In this document: one piece after another, positions 27,767-33,802 of the stretch
Position numbering within the stretch: the first letter of the stretch is position 1
How the letters are laid out: every line of letters starts with the position of its first letter
Source of the DNA: an uncultured Lachnospiraceae bacterium
GTDB taxonomy: Bacteria; Bacillota; Clostridia; Lachnospirales; Lachnospiraceae
Direction of reading: 5' to 3'
DNA: 33,802 nucleotides
Assembly: GCA_948438565.1 (NCBI GenBank)
Contig: CAOJLW010000001.1
Span: forward strand, 1-33,802
Translations under genes and position numbers: made by a program
The notes under the pieces: model-generated
The model's database searches: none
What the model saw: only the letters and a program-made list of their open reading frames with translations
What the model was told of the DNA's origin: nothing

Positions 27767-27810
27767 AAATAAAAAATGCAGACGGGTACGCCCTATCATC
27801 CCCGCCTGCA
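27767..27810 (-). terminator. Intrinsic terminator after the foldase gene
   Basis: TGCAGGCGGG/CCCGTCTGCA stem plus U-run. Confidence 0.8.
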
Positions 27811-27831
27811 GTCTGTATTGGTCAAATCTCT

Positions 27832-28950
27832 TTATTGCGCTTCCGTGGATTCCACGCTCTCAGTCGGCTCGATGGCCGCCTCCGTTCCGGCAGCGTCGAT
27901 CTGCTCCGTCCCGCTTTCCGTTTCCGTCTCCTGCTCCGGAGCCTTAAAACGATCTACAAATACCACTTTTTTCCATTCATCTTCATTGATCTCATAAGGA
28001 GAGTATGCTTCCTCCTCTTTCCAACCATCTATAATATCGTTATAAAAATCTTCCTGCTTTTGGGAAATCAACTGCTCCTTTTTGGCCTGCGTCGCCTCTT
28101 CATCATGCTCGCTGTCCAAACGCAACACATAATATCCGCTCTCAAGCTCCACTACGCCCGACACTTCGCCTTCCTTTAACGCATCGGCCGCTTCCAGCAC
28201 AGCGGCGTCAAACGCAGAACTTTCGTCCGCAGCGGATCCATAGGACGCCGTACTGACTGTATAGCCTGCATCTGTCACTGCCTTGTCAAAATCCTCCGCA
28301 GCGGCAATCGTATCCGCCACTGCTTTTAACGCCGCCATCTCTTCTTCAGGATGCCCTTCTTCACCTTCTTCTTCGTGCGTATGATCCGGAGCGACAGAAA
28401 CATAGCTAAACGATCTCTGCGCCGCTTCCTCATCCGTTACCTCTACCTCTGCATCCTCAATGATGCGATCATGCATCTTTTTCTGAATCGTATACAGCCG
28501 GAGCATCTCTTTGACATTTTCCTTATTTTCCGCGCCAATCTGCGCAATCGCTTCCTTGGTATTTGCAGCAATGAAATCATCCGCAGCCTTTTCAATCGCC
28601 GCTTCTTCTTCATCGCCAATCGTAATGCCGTATTCCTCCATATGCGCTTTCAACAGATACATCTTCTGTAACTCTTCCTCGACATTGCCCTTCACATCGT
28701 CGGAAAGCGTGCTGCCGTTGCCATACAAATCACTATTCCACATATCTTCCCCAAAATACGACATATAGTAGGAATCGTAAATAGCCTGTTCGTATTTTGC
28801 AAAAAGATTTGCAACGCCCATGGTAATCGTCGTATCGCCCATGGTAGCAAATACCGCATCATCCTGAATCTTATTGCCGCAGCCGCCCAACGTCATCCCT
28901 GCCAAAGTCGCTCCTGTCAGCAGCAGCGCCGTCACTCTCTTACTTTTCAT
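27832..28950 (-). CDS. PrsA-like foldase lipoprotein (parvulin-like domain)
   Basis: Lipobox LGGC; ADALKEGEVSGVVELESGYYVL matches the parvulin C-terminal pattern; located directly after mfd, as for prsA in Clostridia. Confidence 0.78.
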   Translation of the reverse strand: MKSKRVTALLLTGATLAGMTLGGCGNKIQDDAVFATMGDTTITMGVANLFAKYEQAIYDSYYMSYFGEDMWNSDLYGNGSTLSDDVKGNVEEELQKMYLLKAHMEEYGITIGDEEEAAIEKAADDFIAANTKEAIAQIGAENKENVKEMLRLYTIQKKMHDRIIEDAEVEVTDEEAAQRSFSYVSVAPDHTHEEEGEEGHPEEEMAALKAVADTIAAAEDFDKAVTDAGYTVSTASYGSAADESSAFDAAVLEAADALKEGEVSGVVELESGYYVLRLDSEHDEEATQAKKEQLISQKQEDFYNDIIDGWKEEEAYSPYEINEDEWKKVVFVDRFKAPEQETETESGTEQIDAAGTEAAIEPTESVESTEAQ

Positions 28951-28997
28951 ATGTTCCTCCTAAACTCCTATCCGGCATTCTTCCGGTCGCTTTTTCT

Positions 28998-29026
28998 ATT
29001 ATAGTGCTTTTTAAATGATGTAGCAA
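28998..29026 (-). promoter_or_regulatory. SigA-type promoter for the foldase gene
   Basis: TTGCTA-17 nt-TATAAT. Confidence 0.65.
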
Positions 29027-29054
29027 GATTTTTCACCTTTTTTTCAAAAGTATT

Positions 29055-32000
29055 TTACGGAAACAGGCATTTGACGTCGTTCAATATCTGCGCAATCGCC
29101 TCTATGGCATCCTCCTTCTGCCTGGAATTTTGCCTGAGGGCATAGGTAAAATGAGGCATCCGTTTATCCGCATAAAATTTCATCCTGCCCGCATAACGCG
29201 CTACAAAATCCGGTATCCTGGCCGGATCGACCTTTGCGCGCTCAAATAAAACAAACCGCACCCAAGTCCCTTTTTGCGCAACTTCCGTAAAGCCGTATCT
29301 GTGCGCTCTTGCTTTATATTCCGCCAACATCAACAGGTTTTCCACAGATTTGGGCGGATCCCCGAAACGGTCAATCAATTCTTCTAAAACGGCCTCTTTT
29401 TCATCCCGATTTTCAATCCCTGCAATCCGCTTGTATAAATCCAGCTTTTGCGCTTCATTGGGAATATATGAAGCCGGAATAAAAGCGTCGATATCCACAT
29501 CGATCGACGTCTCAAAGCTCTCTTCCGTTTGAATCCCTTTTGCCTGTTTTACCGCTTCATTGAGCATTTTACAGTACAAATCATAGCCAACCGCTTCCAT
29601 ATGACCATGCTGCTCTGCGCCAAGCAAGCTGCCGGCCCCGCGGATTTCCAGATCCCGCATGGCGATTTTAAACCCGCTGCCAAGTTCCGTATATTCCTTA
29701 ATCGCCGCCAGACGTTTTTCGGCCACCTCCTTTAACATTTTGTCCCGCTTATACATTAAAAATGCATACGAGGTACGATTGGAACGTCCGACGCGGCCGC
29801 GAAGCTGATATAACTGCGACAACCCCATATTATCCGAATCATGAATAATAATCGTATTGACATTGGGGATATCCAGTCCCGTTTCAATAATCGTTGTAGA
29901 AACCAATACGTCTATCTCCCCATTGATAAAACGATACATAATATTTTCCAGCTCGCGTTCTTTCATCTGTCCGTGGGCAAATTCCACAACTGCTTCCGGC
30001 GCCAGGCTGGCAATCTTGGCCGTTATATCATGGATCTGATTGACCCGGTTAAATACATAATAAACCTGTCCGTCCCTGGACAGCTCCCTGGCGATAGCTT
30101 CCCGCACCATTTCATCGTTATACTCCATCACATAAGTCTGAATAGGCAGGCGATCCATCGGCGGCTCCTCTAAAACGCTCATATCCCGGATGCCAATCAA
30201 ACTCATATGCAGCGTTCTTGGAATCGGCGTCGCCGTCAATGTCAAAACATCCACATTGGTTTTCATCTGTTTGATTTTTTCTTTATGAGCCACGCCAAAC
30301 CGCTGTTCTTCGTCAATAATCAAAAGTCCCAAATCTTTAAACGATATATCTTTTGATAGCAGCCGATGCGTTCCCACGACTATATCCACCATCCCGCGCT
30401 TTAAATCAGCAATGGTCTTTTTCTGTTCCGACGCGCTTTTAAAACGGCAAAGCAAATCGACCACGACCGGAAAGTCTTTCATCCGCTGAGCAAACGTATT
30501 ATAATGCTGCTGCGCTAAAATCGTCGTCGGCACCAGATAAGCCACCTGCTTGCCCTCCTGCACGGCTTTAAACGCCGCGCGGATGGCTATTTCCGTTTTG
30601 CCAAACCCGACGTCGCCGCAGATCAGGCGATCCATAATTTTTTTGCTCTCCATATCCCGTTTGGCGGCTTCAATCGCCGCCTCCTGATCTTCCGTCTCTT
30701 CAAACGGAAACATCTCCTCAAATTCCCGCTGCCATACCGTATCCGGCCCGTAGACATACCCCGCATTCTGCTGGCGTTTGGCATAAAGAGCGACCAAATC
30801 CGATGCGATTTCCCGGACTGCGCCCTGCACCTTATGCTTAGTCTTTGTCCACTCTTGTCCGCCCAAACGGTTTAGTTTTGGCTTCTTTGCATTGGAACCG
30901 GCATATTTTTGGATCATATCAAGCTGCGTGGCCAGAATATAGAGATTACCCCCTTTATCATATTCGATTTTGATATAATCCTTCATAACCTTGTCGACTT
31001 CCAGCTTCTCAATTCCGCGATAGATGCCCAGGCCATGGTTTTCATGCACTACATAATCCCCGATGGAAAGCTCCGTAAAGCTGGCAATTTTCTCTCCCTC
31101 GTATGTTTTCCTTTTTTTCTTTTTCTTTTTTTCCTTCCCGAAAATATCGCTTTCCGAAATTACGGCAAAAAACAACAGCGGATACTCATACCCCTGTTTG
31201 ACCTTGCCATAGAGCGCCATGATTTCTCCGGGTTTGACGATATGCCCATAATCTTCCGAATAATAACAATTTAAGCCTTCTAACAGCAAATCCTCCGCCA
31301 GCCGCTTTGCTCTGGTACGGGAACCGGACAGAAGGATGACGGCATAACCCCTTTTTTTATAATCCTTCAGATCCTTGACCAAAAGTTCAAAGCTGTTATG
31401 ATACGCCCCGATGGCCCGCGCCTGAATCGAATAGTGGCCTTTTATCTCAAAATCGGGGGTTTTTACATCCAGCGCCGAAAGCGCCACGCAGCGTCGCGCC
31501 ATTAGCTTTGTCGCCGTTTCGCTGCAGGTATAGAGCGCGTCCATCTGACCGGGCAAAATATATCCTTTTTCCAGACGCTGCTTCATACTCTCCGAAAATT
31601 CCTGTTCCGTCATGCGCCCGCGTTCCGCGCACCTTACGGCTTCGTCTAAAAACACCAGCGTCGATCGGGTGGCAAAATAATCCAACAAAGACACCGTGGC
31701 CTGATCAAAATAGGTCAGATATGCATCTAACCCGTCCACGCCCGCGCGTTCCGTAATCTCCTCTGTGAGCTCTTGCGCAGACTGCTTGATTCTGGTCGCC
31801 TCTTCCGTTTTCATCTCTTTTCGATAAAGCCGAAACAGCGTATCCGCATCCTTTTGTATGCGCTCTAAGCCGTCCGCTTTCTGTTTGTCCGTCAATACCA
31901 ATTCTGCCGCCGGATAGATTTCAATGCTGTTTAGATTTTCTATCGAACGCTGACTTTCCACATCAAAGCTGCGCAAAGAATCAATCTCATCGTCCCATAG

Positions 32001-32576
32001 CTCAATGCGATACGGATTTTCTTCTGTCAGCGGAAAAATATCCATAATGCCGCCACGAACGGCAAACTGCCCCGCGGTTTCGACCTGGTATGCCGACTCA
32101 TATCCCATCTCCACCAATTTTTTTTGAAACGCTTTTAAATCCAGCACATCCCCCACACGATAGGTTTTTACGGCCTGGATAAACTGTTTGGGATCCGGCA
32201 TCCGGTTCATCAGCGCGTCATACGTCGTAATAAGCGTCACCCGTTTTTGCCCGGCAATGGCCTTTAACGCCGACACGCGTTCCCTTGTCAGCACATTTCC
32301 ACGCAGATCTGACTGGTAAAACAAAATATCCTTCGCCGGATAATACACGACCTGCGGATCAAAAAAACGGTATCCCTCATACAGCTCTCTGGCTTTTTGC
32401 TCATTAAAAGTGACAATGATTTTATATGGAAAATCATTGCCTACCCCGTACATCAAATGTGGTTTTTGTGAATCAATGCAGCCGGAAACCATTTGTATCC
32501 CCGGCGCTCCCATTAACTGCGCCTCCAGCTTCCGGATCTCCTCTAACGTGCGCAGCGGTTCTAAAAATGCTCTCAT
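29055..32576 (-). CDS. mfd: Transcription-repair coupling factor
   Basis: FAVRGG, VVHENHGLG (RID), GDVGFGKTE, DEEQRFG, TATPIPRT, QLRGRVGR, DLEIRGAG. Confidence 0.99.
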   Translation of the reverse strand: MRAFLEPLRTLEEIRKLEAQLMGAPGIQMVSGCIDSQKPHLMYGVGNDFPYKIIVTFNEQKARELYEGYRFFDPQVVYYPAKDILFYQSDLRGNVLTRERVSALKAIAGQKRVTLITTYDALMNRMPDPKQFIQAVKTYRVGDVLDLKAFQKKLVEMGYESAYQVETAGQFAVRGGIMDIFPLTEENPYRIELWDDEIDSLRSFDVESQRSIENLNSIEIYPAAELVLTDKQKADGLERIQKDADTLFRLYRKEMKTEEATRIKQSAQELTEEITERAGVDGLDAYLTYFDQATVSLLDYFATRSTLVFLDEAVRCAERGRMTEQEFSESMKQRLEKGYILPGQMDALYTCSETATKLMARRCVALSALDVKTPDFEIKGHYSIQARAIGAYHNSFELLVKDLKDYKKRGYAVILLSGSRTRAKRLAEDLLLEGLNCYYSEDYGHIVKPGEIMALYGKVKQGYEYPLLFFAVISESDIFGKEKKKKKKRKTYEGEKIASFTELSIGDYVVHENHGLGIYRGIEKLEVDKVMKDYIKIEYDKGGNLYILATQLDMIQKYAGSNAKKPKLNRLGGQEWTKTKHKVQGAVREIASDLVALYAKRQQNAGYVYGPDTVWQREFEEMFPFEETEDQEAAIEAAKRDMESKKIMDRLICGDVGFGKTEIAIRAAFKAVQEGKQVAYLVPTTILAQQHYNTFAQRMKDFPVVVDLLCRFKSASEQKKTIADLKRGMVDIVVGTHRLLSKDISFKDLGLLIIDEEQRFGVAHKEKIKQMKTNVDVLTLTATPIPRTLHMSLIGIRDMSVLEEPPMDRLPIQTYVMEYNDEMVREAIARELSRDGQVYYVFNRVNQIHDITAKIASLAPEAVVEFAHGQMKERELENIMYRFINGEIDVLVSTTIIETGLDIPNVNTIIIHDSDNMGLSQLYQLRGRVGRSNRTSYAFLMYKRDKMLKEVAEKRLAAIKEYTELGSGFKIAMRDLEIRGAGSLLGAEQHGHMEAVGYDLYCKMLNEAVKQAKGIQTEESFETSIDVDIDAFIPASYIPNEAQKLDLYKRIAGIENRDEKEAVLEELIDRFGDPPKSVENLLMLAEYKARAHRYGFTEVAQKGTWVRFVLFERAKVDPARIPDFVARYAGRMKFYADKRMPHFTYALRQNSRQKEDAIEAIAQILNDVKCLFP

Positions 32577-32577
32577 A

Positions 32578-33153
32578 TTACTCCCGTTTCTTTGTATTAA
32601 ATTGATTCATCGCACGCCCTGCTTCGCCATTGACCAGATATCCAATGGCCGTGCAGGCGTCCGCAATCGCCCCGTCCACAGCTTCCCGTTCCGCTTTCGA
32701 AAAGCAGCCCAAAACATAGTCCGCCAAATCCCAACCAGACGGCTTCTCCCCGACGCCGACCCTGACCCTGGCAAAATCACTGCTATTCGTCCGTCCGATA
32801 ATGCTCTTAATCCCGTTATGCCCTCCGGCGCTCCCTTTTTGCCGAATGCGAATATTGCCCGGCGGCAGACTGATATCGTCGTAAACGACAATCAGATTTT
32901 CGGCTGGATCCAATTTATAAAACCCCAACAGAGCCGCTACGGAATCTCCGCTTAGATTCATATAGGTCAAGGGTTTGACCAACAATACCTTAACGCCTTC
33001 CACCATCCCTTGGCCGCAAATCGCTTTTAATTTTTTTTCCTTCATATTGATACTATATTTATGAGCCAATGCATCAATGACATCAAAACCCACATTATGG
33101 CGGGTATTCCGGTATTTTCTATCCGGATTGCCCAGTCCGGCGATGATATACAT
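32578..33153 (-). CDS. pth: Peptidyl-tRNA hydrolase
   Basis: GLGNP, TRHNVGF, KPLTYMNLSG, GSAGGHNG. Confidence 0.99.
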   Translation of the reverse strand: MYIIAGLGNPDRKYRNTRHNVGFDVIDALAHKYSINMKEKKLKAICGQGMVEGVKVLLVKPLTYMNLSGDSVAALLGFYKLDPAENLIVVYDDISLPPGNIRIRQKGSAGGHNGIKSIIGRTNSSDFARVRVGVGEKPSGWDLADYVLGCFSKAEREAVDGAIADACTAIGYLVNGEAGRAMNQFNTKKRE

Positions 33154-33182
33154 AACAATCCTCCAAAACGCGTTTGCTTTTT

Positions 33183-33211
33183 ATTGTAACCCAAATCAAA
33201 CGCTTTGTAAA
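33183..33211 (-). promoter_or_regulatory. SigA-type promoter for pth-mfd
   Basis: TTTACA-17 nt-TACAAT, immediately after the spoVG terminator. Confidence 0.6.
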
Positions 33212-33248
33212 CAAAAAGAGACTGCGCGCATATTTCAGCGGCAGTCTC
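33209..33248 (-). terminator. Intrinsic terminator after spoVG
   Basis: GAGACTGC/GCAGTCTC stem plus U-run. Confidence 0.8.
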
Positions 33249-33257
33249 CTTAACTTC

Positions 33258-33527
33258 CTATTCTTCCATTGTAAGAATCTCAGCCTGATACTTCTCTAAT
33301 ATCATGTTTTGAATTTTCTCCCTGGTGTCTGAATTGATCGGGTGTGCGATATCCCGATACTCGCCATCTGCTGCTTTACGGCTTGGCATTGCAATAAACA
33401 ATCCTTTTTCGCCTTCAATTACTTTGATATCATGCACTACAAATTCCTCATCAATGGTAATGGATACAACTGCTTTCATCTTGCCTTCTTTTTCTACCTT
33501 ACGGATTCTTACATCTGTAATCTGCAT
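33258..33527 (-). CDS. spoVG: Septation regulator SpoVG
   Basis: [35 protein letters not shown]. Confidence 0.99.
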   Translation of the reverse strand: MQITDVRIRKVEKEGKMKAVVSITIDEEFVVHDIKVIEGEKGLFIAMPSRKAADGEYRDIAHPINSDTREKIQNMILEKYQAEILTMEE

Positions 33528-33591
33528 TATTTCTTTCCCCCTCCTTGCAAGATATTAGGTTTTATCCTCACATTTCCCACTGAAACGGCGT

Positions 33592-33802
33592 TTACATTAC
33601 ATATCTGGCATTATCTTCGCAAACAACTTTAATGCCATTCTCGCCGCAATAGTAGGTGTTTGCACGTAATGTATTTCTGCTTTCAACAATACAATTCTCA
33701 ATATGCGTATTGTCGCCGATATAGACGTCATTTAAAATGATAGAATTTTTAATCACACAATTTTTTCCGACAAATACTTTTTTAAACAGGATCGAATTCT
33801 CC
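33592..33802 (-). CDS. glgD: Glucose-1-phosphate adenylyltransferase GlgD subunit, 3' end (partial; missing from the ORF track)
   Basis: Manual translation ENSILFKKVFVGKNCVIKNSIILNDVYIGDNTHIENCIVESRNTL...RYVM* shows left-handed beta-helix hexapeptide repeats of the GlgC/GlgD type. Confidence 0.72.
   Translation of the reverse strand, partial: ENSILFKKVFVGKNCVIKNSIILNDVYIGDNTHIENCIVESRNTLRANTYYCGENGIKVVCEDNARYVM

Noticed and set aside
27747-27768. LysR-like imperfect palindrome upstream of the ABC exporter
   Set aside because: Weak symmetry and no LysR gene nearby; cannot be supported.
31110-31132. A-rich run in mfd as a possible phase-variation site
   Set aside because: It encodes an in-frame Lys-rich linker before the RID domain, and the ORF is intact.

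Overview
Core-genome chromosomal segment of a spore-forming anaerobic Firmicute, most likely Lachnospiraceae (inferred from gene order and protein style). Almost all genes lie on the minus strand. Reading right to left: glgD (3' end), spoVG, pth, mfd, a PrsA-like foldase, a heterodimeric ABC exporter pair, murA, a 2062-aa modular GH33 sialidase, an HD-GYP phosphodiesterase (the only plus-strand gene), a SAM-I riboswitch with metK, a histidine kinase and OmpR-family regulator, an RluA pseudouridine synthase, a YtvI-like permease, a cobalamin riboswitch with a BtuFCD-like ABC importer, proS, cca, a CotS-like protein, a PEGA lipoprotein with an Asn-rich repeat, and a phosphoglucomutase (5' part). 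I saw no mobile element, CRISPR array, tRNA or rRNA, and no clear multi-gene novel system. The best leads are: (i) the giant sialidase, whose catalytic domain resembles the NanB/NanH intramolecular trans-sialidase clade but has a very different accessory architecture; (ii) an unexplained three-stem RNA-like fold with paired SD/anti-SD upstream of murA; (iii) a 57-residue poly-Asn tract in a lipoprotein; (iv) a two-component-system promoter overlapping the metK terminator. All family calls come from motif recognition, not database searches.
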